Positions 42,080 through 54,317 of a stretch of 64,000 nucleotides of DNA are shown here, piece by piece. This stretch comes from Octopus bimaculoides (taxonomy: Eukaryota). Location: NCBI RefSeq assembly GCF_001194135.2, contig NC_068997.1, forward strand, positions 43,374,341 to 43,438,340, given 5' to 3'. The position numbers and the translations under genes were made by a program. Numbering within the stretch: the stretch's first letter is position 1; every line of letters begins with the position of its first letter. The notes beneath the pieces were generated by a model. The model was given only the letters and a program-made list of their open reading frames with translations. It was not told the DNA's origin and did no database searches.

Positions 42080-43781
42080 GTAAGTTACAGTTTTCATAAT
42101 TCAGACACAGACTATTTTTTGCCTACCAGGCCATGTTGTCTACTTTGCTGTGTACTGAACAGACAGTGCTGGAAGGGGAGAGTTGCAGTAGTCCTTTTTT
42201 CTTTTTTCATTCTTTATCTCTAGATTATTATTTCATTACTGTAACCTCCCTAATTAAGATATATTGTTATTCTTCAGTGCCAGGTCAGTCCTGATCTAGA
42301 AGACCAATAGTCAAAGATGTTCCAACTGCATTTATCCCTCTCATTTTTTTTTACTTCCCCAGACATCATGATATATTTAGGAAAACATGATTCAAAGTAG
42401 GCTGTAATTTGTGGAAAATTTGGGTGTTATATGTAGTATGTTGAACAATCACATAGCAGTTTCTTTATTGGTGCAAGTGACTTTCTAATTAGCTATCATT
42501 GATAAAAATGAGATAACTAGGTAAAATCAGGTGTTGTACTATTAGCTTATGTTTCACTAGTTCTTTTTTGTCACACAGCTAGTGTTTCATTGTAAGGTAT
42601 TTCATTTTGTGTTGATTCAGCTTAACTGAATGGGGATTGAATATAAAACATGCTTCTTTTTAGTAGAACTGGCATTCCATTAAATAAATACAACCCCCAC
42701 TTTCCACCAGTGTTTTATATATATATATATATTTAGATGAAAAGGGTACTATTAATTGAATTGATCTCAGTATATAATACTAAAACTTATTTTTATTGAC
42801 CTTGATGACATCAATAACTAAATCAACCTAAGTAAGATTTGAACCTAGAACAGTAAACCTCTAAATTAAAATTAAAATTTGGATACAAATATAAATTTAT
42901 TATTCAACTTATTATTGTCTTGGCAATTACCTTTATTCTCTACCTTTAAAACCAGGACGGATAAGTGTTTAGATGTAGATTAAAATCAGATTAATGTACA
43001 GTGGATGCTGCATGGATGAATAATTGTTAAGAAGTTAGCTTTGCAGTCATGAAGCCCTGGGTTCAATCCCTGACTGTATGACATCTTAGGCAAGTTTCTT
43101 TTGCAGTAACCTTGGGCATACTCAAACTTTGTGAGTGGAAACCCTTCATATGGGTTGCACCTGTAATTCAAAGGTCTGTCCTTGTCACTTGCTGTGCCAT
43201 GCTGATTCTGATTGAGGATTACACTAAGAGCACAAGCATCCATGGAATATTCAGTCACTTACATGCAAATACAACAAGCAGGTTGTTCAGTTGATTGTGT
43301 CAAAATGAATAGAAGTCTATTTATTTATTTATTTTGCCTTTATTTTACTGGTGCAGCAATTTTTAAGGAATATGTTTGGAGGTGAATTAATACCAGTGTG
43401 TTACTGGTATGAAAATCTTTAGGAAAGGTGAGTGTTGAACTCACAACATTGAGCTATTGTACTACCGAGTACAATAAAGCATTCTTTGTAAAGTCAGCTC
43501 CAGCACTGAGAAATCTGTAAATATTTATAGTAATTTCTTGTAGCAATTGCTAGATGATTAAATCTTAAGTTTTATCACATTTATTCTTGATAGAGTTTCA
43601 CAAGAAACAGTTCTCCGTCATTTCTAAATTATTACACTCTAATTATACATTTATACCAGCAGTAAGCACATGACACTCCTTGAGTAAGTAACATTATGAG
43701 AAACTACAGTATTTCTCAAATGAATTCATCCCTTCAGTATTAAAGTCTGATTTAAAACATAATAGTGTAAACATTTTTAAC

Positions 43782-44883
43782 ATGCCAAACAAGACATACA
43801 AGAAAGTATCTCAGCAGGATAAAAATAGAATATTGTCTGCTTCCAGAAACAATGAAAATTTGAAATTGTTGCCCCACTCCCTTGATATTAACTACAGCAC
43901 AGTCAAGATAGTTGCACAAAAAGATTATTCTCTGAAGAAAAATTGTGGGCACTGACAGCAAAAAAATCAAGGAAAATCAACAATTTTTACAAGAATCGAA
44001 TAACGAGGACCCAACTTTAACTTTGAAAAAGAATGAGAGAACTTTTACAAGAGAAATTCAATTTGACTGTTTTATTATCGACTATTGATCGCTATCTTGA
44101 TGGCTTTGGATACACTTTGAAAAAACTAATAATTCACCCTCAAGAACAAAATAACGAAAACACAAAAAAGGGGCAATGTAATTTATTATGCAAAATGGCT
44201 TCAAGATAATGGATTGGCCATTCATCATGTATATATTGATGAAACAAATTACATTTGAATTTCAAAGTAAATTATTATTATATTTGCTAAATACTTATAT
44301 AAAATTTTTGTTTATGAAATATTTTTACGATCTATTTGTTTGAAGGTCGATGGGTAGAGCTTACCCTCAAGTTCAGGCAATTACCGATTGTCCTTCTACT
44401 AAAGGGGAAAATTTAAACATTATTGCTGCTAGAGATATGTCGGGGCTTGTCCAATTCAAAACATTTAAGATCACAACTTCTGAATTTGACAGCTTTTTAC
44501 ATCAATGTTCGCTAAAGATCACTACGACTACATCAGATCCTGTCGTATTTATTATGGACAATGCACGCATCCATAAACGTGTCGATGAAATTGATCTCGC
44601 ACCACAAAATATGGTTGAATATCTACCTCCTTATTCTCCAATGTTTAATCCCATTGAGGAAATGTTCAACAAATTGAAATCTTTTGTGAAGCAGTATCTA
44701 CAGAATCATAAAAATGATCTCTACAACAGACCAGAAAATTTGCCCATGACGAATCATAGAATGAATATTTTAAAAACAGCAATGTATCTTGCAATGAATT
44801 CAATATTTGCTGTAAATTGTGCAAGATATGATCAACATCAAACATTTTTCATTCCACGAGTATTGCATATGAAGGATTTGTGA
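43782..44883 (+). pseudogene. DDE (Tc1/IS630-type) transposase, disrupted, with a 79-nt GT-AG intron at 44267-44345
   Basis: HTH-like N-terminus MPNKTYKKVSQQDKNRIL..., then YIDETNY, FIMDNARIHK and YLPPYSPMFNPIEE. Stops and frameshifts lie in the 5' half. The 3' ORF 44350-44883 is open. Confidence 0.85.
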
Positions 44884-45063
44884 AATAGTTGTGATTATAA
44901 GCATTTTAAAATAAGTTTATAAATCGTTTTAAGTTTAGTTTTTTTTGTTTATTTTCACTATTCTTGTGCTAAGATACTATTTTGTATGTTTGTTTAAACT
45001 TATAGGTTTAAATGTTTAAGATCTAAATATTTAAATATTTAAGATCTAAATTGGCTTTGATAT

Positions 45064-45231
45064 GAAAGGGATGAATTCATTTAAGAAAGGGACGAATTCA
45101 TTCGAGAAAGGGATAAATTCATCTGAGAAAGAGACAAATTCATTTGAGAAAAGTACAAACTCATCCAAGAAAAGGACGAATTCATTTGAGAAAATGATGA
45201 ATTCATTTGAGAAAGGGACAAATTCAGTCGG
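45064..45231 (+). repeat. 8 x 21-bp subterminal tandem array (GAAAGGGAYGAATTCATTTGA)
   Basis: Eight contiguous 21-nt units counted directly; this explains the 7-aa periodic ORF 45062-45256. Confidence 0.9.
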
Positions 45232-45498
45232 GAAATACTGTAGTAAAATATTGTAATATATGACAAAGGTTGACAGAGGAAAATTTAAAAGCAAACAGCT
45301 AGGAGTTAAAATATAAAATAGTTTTGATATGCTCTACTTGTGTGCGTGAATTTAATATATATGCCTAGCAGATTAGCATGTGTGGAAGAAGTAAATTAGT
45401 GTTGCTTAGTCTGACATGAAAATTTTAAGTATAATATAACCATATATAACAATCATCATCAGTTCAAGCTTGCTCAGACTAAATATATGACAGTAGTT

Positions 45499-45864
45499 GC
45501 AGGAGTGGCTGTGTGGTAAGTAGCTTACTTACCAACCACATAGTCCCGGGTTCAGTGCCACTGTGTGGCACCTTGGGAAAGTGTTTTCTGCTATAGTCTC
45601 AGGCCGATCAAAGCCTTGTGAGTGGATTTGGTAGATGGAAACTGAAAGAAGCCCGTCGTATATATGTGTGTCTGTGTTTGTCCCCCCACCATCGCCTGAC
45701 AACTGATGCTGGTGTGTTTATGTCCCTGTAACTTAGCGGTTTGGCAAAAGAGACTGATAGAATAAGTACTAGGCTTACAGTTAATAAGTCCTGGGGTCGA
45801 TTTGTTCGTCTAAAGGTGGTGCTCCAGCATGGCCGCAGCCAAATGACTAAAAGGAATGAAAGAA
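45499..45864 (+). mobile_element. SINE family A, complete copy
   Basis: Same two-part structure as 62630-63016. Confidence 0.85.
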
Positions 45865-45866
45865 TA

Positions 45867-45897
<31 letters not shown>

Positions 45898-46319
45898 GGA
45901 TGGATATATACACACAAACACACAAAAAATAAAAATAATGATTTTAATACATGCGTGCAAACACCTACATGCACACATAATAAACATGTCTGTATATTCT
46001 GAGTATTCTAAACATATCCTAATGTAATCTTTATTGTCTTTTGTACATCCTGATGATTTTCCATAAGAGATATTTAAAATGCAAAATTATATAGTTATAT
46101 ATGTTTTGTAATTTCAATAATTTTGTTTGTGAAATGAAACAATATACAGACACTTATGACATATTATTTCATATCAACAATTCAAATTTCAAATTTAAAA
46201 GGACATCTAGCAACTGAAGAAGGGACAAAATCTTACAGCTGTTTCGGCCTAGCGTTGGCATGCCCCGGATAGATATTATCCCTTAGTGGGTTGGATTCTC
46301 AACCCCTAACTTTCTTGGA

Positions 46320-46353
<34 letters not shown>

Positions 46354-46914
46354 TATCATCATCATCATTTAACATCTGTTTTCCATGCTGGCATGAGTTG
46401 GATGATTTTGATGGCAAGCTGGAGAGCTGCACCAGGCTTTGGTTGTCTGTTTTGGCAGGGTTTCTATGGCTTGGTGCCCTTCCTAATACCAACCACTTTA
46501 CAGAGTGTACTAGGTACTTTTTACATGGCATCAGCACCAGTGCTTTTCACATGGCACTGGCTTATATAAACTTTATATATAAACTACATTATGTTTGTTA
46601 TATAATAACTACAGCCAAATCTGAAATAGTTTTTTTACTGTGTAGTTCTAATTGATGAATTAATACCCGACTTCATTGTACCATTGTTGTTTAACCCTTG
46701 GTTGACTTCAATTAACCAAACTTATCATGCTGATCAGTGTGTTCTTCATTGCTTAAAATGGTGTGATTTTGATTTGAGGGAGATTTGACTATTATTTCTA
46801 GCAGGTCATGTGACCACATAGAGACTTCCTTCTTAGCCCAAGTTTTGCCAGTGTAACGGGTTGGTTTTTTCATGTGTACAATATCGCACACATATATCTA
46901 GTTTTTATTGTATA

Positions 46915-47845
46915 CATGGTCTGATCAGTAGGTATCCAGACTGTTGCCATAGTAACGAAGCTAAAGCATGCAGAGTGAAGCCACGTGGCACAGATTCACC
47001 TTGAACTCTGCTGTACATGTGCACTAAGTGTTAATGTTCTAGCTCTCTTCTGTTCTTTACAGCAGTGCTTAAAAGGAAGGTGTGTAGCGTGTGATCATCA
47101 CATTGACCATAACAGAGAGTTGAGCAAAGAGTCTGCTTCAAGTTTTGCCAAAAGCTTGGTGATACCTGCTCAGAGGCCTATGCAAAAGTTTTCAAAAAGT
47201 TTTAATCCTTCTCAATACAATCAAGCAGATCTTGTGCAACTGAAACCCTAGTGTCTTTTTGGTCAGCTGAAAGCAGTTTTGGCACAAACTTGGCAGACAT
47301 GTGTCTCATACCCAAATCTTCAGTGATAATGGACTGAACTGAACCATAACTACTCTGCACATACTTTAATAATTCACAAATGGTGATTTGATGATTTCCC
47401 CTCACAGCTGCACACACATCTGCAATGTTTTACTCAGTTTTGCTGGTTGCAGGTCTCCCAGAACGTTCATCAATATCGACATTTTTTTCAGCCATCTTGG
47501 AAACGTCTGAACCACTCATACANNNNNNNNNNNNNNNNNNNNNNNNNNNNNNNNNNNNNNNNNNNNNNNNNNNNNNNNNNNNNNNNNNNNNNNNNNNNNN
47601 NNNNNNNNNNNNNNNNNNNNNNNNNNNNNNNNNNNNNNNNNNNNNNNNNNNNNNNNNNNNNNNNNNNNNNNNNNNNNNNNNNNNNNNNNNNNNNNNNNNN
47701 NNNNNNNNNNNNNNNNNNNNNNNNNNNNNNNNNNNNNNNNNNNNNNNNNNNNNNNNNNNNNNNNNNNNNNNNNNNNNNNNNNNNNNNNNNNNNNNNNNNN
47801 NNNNNNNNNNNNNNNNNNNNNNNNNNNNNNNNNNNNNNNACCTCG
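46915..47845. mobile_element. Decayed mariner element, internally rearranged and gap-containing
   Basis: TA-CATGGTCTGATCAG left end and ...ACCTCG-TA right end. N-terminus VEQRVCFKFCQKLGDTCSEAY on + (~47118-47190). YEWFRRFQDG / DERSGRP / SAKFVPKLL on - (47522 down to 47202). Confidence 0.8.
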
Positions 47846-49709
47846 TATATAAACAGCTTGTTTTACCCCCAGTTTTATATTTAAGATTCAGCCAATAAGC
47901 AACAAAAGGGAGACATTCAAATGCATGCTCATACATATACTATTGTTGGAAATGATTATTAGATGTGATACACACTACTGTGTTTGGCATTAGGAAGGAC
48001 ATCCAGTTGTAGAAACCATGCCAAAGCTGACATTGAAGCTCAATGTAGTCCTGCAGCTCACCAATTCCTATCAAGCCACCTAACCCATGCTAGCATGGAA
48101 GATGGACATTAAATGATAATGATGGCAGTGATGGTGATGTGTGTGTGTGTGAGAATTAGCAGCATACCAAATTAAATACTTTGAAGTACTTAGCTTCATC
48201 AATCTATATTTTGTTATCAAAATTCCATTGGAATCCTTCTTTATTCTATCAGACATTTACTGCTGAGGTCAATTTAATGAACTGTATTTCCATATTATAC
48301 ATTCTAGATAATATAACGATTCTTTACATTTATACCACTGAAAGGGATTATTATATATTCTTTATTAATTTCATATAAGAATATATTTCAATTTGTGCTC
48401 TCTAATACAATTTAGAGATTGAAACTCTCAGAAGAAAAAAACATGTATTTAAGAAACAAATTATCATTATTCAGTCTCTTGGATTTCACTCTGAGATTCA
48501 TCAAATATGTGATCTGAGAGAGGTTTGTTTGATTGTTGTTTCTTGCATGTCGAGCGAACATGTTGAGGCTCTTTCGCTGGCTCATCATTCTTCCATTTAG
48601 TTCAGTATGTAACAGTATATTTACATTTTGAAAACTTACTTAGAGCAAATATTGGTGCTATACTTTGCCCTAAGTGGTTAGTAGCTCTTCTTAACTCTTT
48701 AGCATTCAAACCAACTATGTCCAGCCTAAATATTTAACCTGTTTTATATTGAAACTGACCACAACTGGTCTCTTGCCTCATCCCTAAAATGCCATCCTAA
48801 AACTAAGCAATCACGTCATCGACATCTCTAAACTACAAGATAATGCAGGATTAATTTAAAACAATCTGAGTAAACAAACATTACATTTGACAGAATGATC
48901 TGAATACTAAAGATTTAAGGATAAAAAACAAAAAAATGACCAGGTTTGAGTTTTACTGCTATCTTCAGGTTGCAGTGCAGCTTAGCTTATGAGCTTATCT
49001 TATCATGTCACACCTTGACAGTTGTCTTGTCATTGGTAGCATAAACAAATTGTAAAGGACAAAAATACTAGTGTGGTGAATCCTGACAGAAGGGGTCATG
49101 ATAAATTGTCAGCAAATTCTAAACATTTACACTTCAGCATAATGTGTACACGCACACATACACACGCACACACAACATACAAACATATAGGTTTCAGGTC
49201 ATAGTGGCTTGAGCTATGACTAACTCAGTAGCACCACTTGATTGTTCAAAGAATATATTTTTATGTAGATTGTGTGTGAAAAGACAAACACAAACAGGAA
49301 ATACAGAGAAGTGGAAGGGAGGGGCAGAGTAGGGTAGATGAGAAAAGGAAAGCAAGTATTTATTATAAAAAGACTTAAAAACAAAACATTTAACAGTTTT
49401 TTATGTCAATGTGTTAATAGTATTACAATTTTCTTTTTAAACAAACACTGCCAGAACAAAAGACAATAATACTGATTTAATCAGGCTGGATTAGGCTACT
49501 ATAACTGGAAACAAAAAGAAATGGTAATATTTTTGCATTTTGTTAAGGATAGTGGATGAACAGAATTTAATGGTGTTGAACAAAATAGCTTGTATTTATC
49601 TATTGGCCTCATATGGTCCAAGTTCAAAATCTGCAAAGATCAACTTTGCATTTCATCCTTAATGGTGTTAGTAAAGTAAAATAATAGTTAAGTATTGGAC
49701 TTGATTTAA

Positions 49710-49926
49710 CCCTTTAGCAATCAGATTACTCTGTCAAATGTGTTGTTCATTTATTCATATTGTTTTAAATTAGTCATGCATTATCTTGTAGCTTTGAGAT
49801 TTTGTTGATGTGATTGTTTATTTTTAGAATGACAGTGTAGGGTAGGTGTGAGAGGGACAGTGTAGGGTAGATCATAAAACAGGTAGAATACTTGGTCCTG
49901 ATGTGGCCAGATTAAATGCTAAAGGG
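49710..49926. mobile_element. piggyBac-like MITE (family E)
   Basis: TTAA|CCCTTTAGCA ... TGCTAAAGGG|TTAA: terminal inverted repeats with a TTAA duplication. Confidence 0.85.
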
Positions 49927-50708
49927 TTAACTGATGATTGCTCTCCTTAAAAATGTGTCTTTGTCTCAGTGGTGGAGATAGATAATTTTGTAATTTTAAA
50001 GGAATAGACTTGTGACAACTATAAATATAACATATAAAGCATTTCAGAGCATTTAGCTAGCAAAATGAGCTCCTATAAAAACAAGCAAAAGCAATTCCAT
50101 TGACAGGGAATATTTCTGGGGTTGCTGTATTGTATTCTGGCATCAGAGGGCTCTGTGAGGATTCTTTCTTAATTCGTCCTACCTAACAGATGGTCGCAGT
50201 ATTGAAGAGAAGAGTATGAGCCAGCAGACTAATATTCTAGAATTATCTAATTTCTAAACAGTTCTAATTTCCAATGCTAACCAATGTGAAGACTTGTACA
50301 TACACCTGTTGATTATCTCATTTTTACTTAAGCAAACACAATGATCATTATTCTTTGCTGATGAGGTTAGAATACAACCAAAATATGCCCAGAATTGTCT
50401 CCACCCTTTACCAAAAATAATTGTTTCTAACTATTGATTACCATTGCTTTTTATCTCACTGCATAATTATTTTTAGTTAACCATATTAACTCTTCTAACG
50501 CTAACACAACTGATTCTACAATTTAACATAATTCCCTGCAGTTCCTTTATGGGGTAAAATGCAGTAATTATTTAACATCCTCTTTGAAATACCATTTGTA
50601 ATCAGCACTTGTCTGTCTCGTTATCAGCTATGAAATCAAATTGAATGATTTGTTTGTATTTTCTTGCTAGCTACATTACTAACCAATCTAGTCGTTTCTT
50701 TTTTCTAG

Positions 50709-50783
50709 ATACTGGGTGTTTGGATTACGGTGCGATACCGTAACCAGAAAGACCCTAGAGCAAACCCCAATGCGTTTCTTTAA
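50709..50783 (+). CDS. TSPAN13/31: Tetraspanin terminal coding exon, proximal copy (5a)
   Basis: Acceptor ctttttttctAG at 50707-50708. [24 protein letters not shown] (TAA). Phase 0, in frame with exon 4. Confidence 0.9.
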   Translation: MLGVWITVRYRNQKDPRANPNAFL

Positions 50784-50969
50784 TGGTTACCACTTGTGTT
50801 ATCATTAGGTACAGTAAAGCCCCCTGAATTTTATCTGCCTCAGCTCTATGTATCTCTCTCTCTCTCTCTCTCTTCCCCTCTGCCTCATCTATATCCTTTC
50901 TTTATTTTCCTATTGCTATTGTGTTACGAAGTCAACCATTTCTTTTTTCTGACCCATTTCTGCTTATTC

Positions 50970-51135
50970 ACATATTTTTTATACTTTGCATATTTTATTT
51001 ATTTTGCTTATTTTATACAAACATTCCATACTTTATTACTTTGCATATTTCATAAACCCTTCATATTTTAAATACTTCCCATATTTCATGTAATTGCCAT
51101 ATTTTATATACTTCCTTGTATTTTATATAAACCCT
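50970..51135 (+). repeat. Degenerate ~18-nt tandem array (CATATTTTATATACTTYS) downstream of exon 5a
   Basis: About 9 units read by eye, ~190 nt after the 5a stop codon. Confidence 0.6.
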
Positions 51136-53496
51136 CTTTTATTGCAACTAAAAAGATTTAATTTTAAGCAGACATTTTATACATTTAAATATTTATATTT
51201 TAATTTTTTTTTTGGACATTTTTTGGGAAGAAAGGTATTGTGTGTACCTTGAAACTTTTTTTGACCTTTTGGAGGGCTTTTTGATGGAAACAGGGAACTC
51301 AATTTTGGGGGTAAAAAAAAAATTTAATGAAAGGTTTATTACAAAGTCTAGGAGATAGGAATAATATAGTACCATGAATCTGTTGACGGACTAATGTTAA
51401 CAGACTAATGTTTATCCTAATTTAGCAGTTGAAGTGGCCTAGTGGATAAGGTGTTTCTTTTTTTTTGTTGTTGGTGGTTTTTTTTGCTGAAAAGTTGAAG
51501 CTCATACTCTATGTCCAGAGTAAAAGCCACAAACTTCTTCACTTCCTCATTCCACTAGCAACACAATGGTATATGTTGGTAGGAAACTGTAGAGTTATGA
51601 TAACCTCATTGATATAGTGATAGTTGTAGTGATTTAGTGATGTAAGGATCTCTACTGCCATTAGCAGTACCCCTTTTAAGAAAAACACCGAACTGTTGTT
51701 AATTAGTTTGATATCAATCAGGACTGGATTGAGCAGGTCTATAATTAAAAGTGTTTCCGATTAGGACCCTCTAGTTTTATTTTGTTTTTTCAACAAGTAT
51801 TTGGGAATAAGTGTATTGTAGGTTACTTGGAATATTGTGATACAGAAGTAAAATAACAAAAAAAAAGACGAGCTTCTAACACTGAAAAAAGGAAAGTTGA
51901 ATAATTTTTATATACTTCAAGCCTATCATTAGAGGTATCATCATCCTTTAATGTCCATTTTCTATGTTGACATGATTTGAACAGTTTGACCAGAGCTGGT
52001 CAGCTGGAGAGCTGCACCAGCTTCCAGTCTGATTTGGCTTGGTTTCTACAGCTGCATGTCCTTCCTAATGCCAGCCACTTTACAGTGTATGCTAGGTGCT
52101 TTTTATGTGGCACCGGCACAGGGCTCTTGCAAACCAACCCTCTTCATTGGAGAATGGTATGAATACTTCTGCAGTAGAGGACAGGTTTTCTTGAATACTG
52201 CAAGGTGGTAGGTTCAACATAAACACACATTTCTAAACCATATACTTCCGATGATGGACCTTTGTGCTTGAAATATATAAAAATTATTCAACTTTCCTCT
52301 CCACATTCTTAGCAGCTCTCCATTTTTATTATTTCATTTAAGAATACATTATCCAATGTGTCCTTCACTTTTTGAAGATGGTAAGTGTGATTTCAAGGAG
52401 ATTTGGTTGTTATCTCTAGTTACCCTGTAGAACCTTGCTCAAGCTATTCCATGTATAGTTGAGAAGGAAAAGATCATTCAATGGAGTAAAATAACAAACT
52501 AGTTGGAGACAAGAGTGCAGTTGGGTTTAACTACTGTAGATTATTGCGAACTTAGTTTTTGGCTTAAAATCTAAGTATGAATAAATGAACTACACTGATT
52601 AAACTATCCCATCTTTATCTTATATATACATATCTTAGGATTTAGGTCTGTCACAAGCCTACAGGCTCATTAGGCTGGAGTTTCTCCCAGCTTCCATGGC
52701 ATACAAGAGACCAAGCATATATAGTGCTCCTATCCTTGGATGGTACATCAGCTCCTAACAGGGTTAGACTGGAGCAATGGGAAATGGAGTGTTCTGATTA
52801 AGAACACCTGTTCTGAGAATCAAAACCACAATTTTAGCATTGTAAATGCAACACCCTACCAACAAGGCCACATAAAGTATACACACACACATATAGTTTT
52901 TTTCACACATTATAAGCACCAGTTTGTTTGAGGTTGTAAAAGAAAACATTGTTTAATTGTTTCACTGATGGGGGCTTAAATCGTGTTATCTCTTATGTTA
53001 CTGATAACGCTACAGTCTGAAATTGGTGCTTATAATATCTAATGCCATTTATACTAATCTCTCAGTCATTAATTTCTAATTATGATATGTTATTAATAGA
53101 TATCAGATGGACTGTTTTGTTGAATCTGACAAATTAGCATCTCAGTTGTTCAGTCAATAGGACTATCTATTCATTGAATTATGTAATAAATGACTGAGTG
53201 AGTATTCTACAGACAATTGTACTCTTAATTTAATTAATGGTCATACAGAATCAGTGTATGACAAGGTTGTACTCTTTGAGTCACAAGTACAGTACATCTG
53301 ACAGGCTTTTTCCTAGTTTCTCTCTAATGATCTCACTAACAAGGCTTAATATTGACCCAAGGCTATGGTAGAATTTTTTTTTTTAATCCTTCAGAGGGAT
53401 TAGTAATTATATTATTAAGTTAGAAACTGGGATTGATTAAATTGGCAATTCTCTTCCATCAAATTTGTGGCATATGCTAATGTTGAAATTGATTGC

Positions 53497-53562
<66 letters not shown>

Positions 53563-53569
53563 CATTATT

Positions 53570-54281
53570 ATGGCTTTGAGTGTGAGCTGGCAAATTTATT
53601 AGCACACTAGGCAAAATACTTAGCAGCATTTTGCCTCTCACTATGTTCTGAGTTCAAACTCTGCCAAGGTCAACCTTGTCTTTCGTCCTTTCGGGGGTGA
53701 TAGAATAAGTACCAATGAAACACTGGGGTTGATGTAATCAACTCATTCCCACCTCCCCCAAGCTGCCCTTGTGGCAGAAGTTTGAAATAATAATAATAAT
53801 AATGATAATAATAATAATTATTATTATTAAGGCGGTGAGCTGGCAGAGTCATTAGCACACTGGGCAAAATGCTTAGTGGCATTTTGTCTGCCTTTATGTT
53901 TTGAGTTCAAATTCCAGTGAAGTCAGCTTAGAGTTTCATCCTTTCGGGGTTGATGAAATAAGTACCAGTTGAGCTCTGGGGTTGATGTAATCGACTAGCA
54001 CCCCTTCTCACAAAGTTTCAGGTCTTTTACCTATAGTAGAAATGACTATTATTATTATTAAGGTGAAGCTAGCAAGCTACTGGAATCACTACTGCGCTGG
54101 GCAAAAAAATGCTTAGCAGCATTTCATCCAGCTTTATGTTCTGAGTTCAAGTTCTGCTGAAGTTGACTTTGCCTTTCACCCTGTCAGGGTTGATAAAATA
54201 AGTATCAGTTGAGCACTGGGGTCGATGTAATTGACTAGCCCCCTTTCCCAAACTTGCAGGCCTTGTGCCAAAATTTGAAAC

Positions 54282-54317
<36 letters not shown>

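Larger units (their letters stand above)
43707..45240 (+). mobile_element. Full-length decayed Tc1/mariner-IS630-like DNA transposon (~1.53 kb)
   Basis: TA at 43705-43706 and 45241-45242. Left end CAGTATTTCTCAAATGAATTCATCCC versus reverse-complemented right end CAGTATTTCCCGACTGAATTTGTCCC. Contains a DDE transposase. Confidence 0.9.

Noticed and set aside
44350-44883. Intact 177-aa ORF as a domesticated gene
   Set aside because: It is only the 3' part of a transposase whose 5' part and first catalytic region carry stops and frameshifts.
45064-45231. Regular repeat that could be taken for a CRISPR array or repeat protein
   Set aside because: Contiguous units without spacers inside a transposon end, in a eukaryotic genome.
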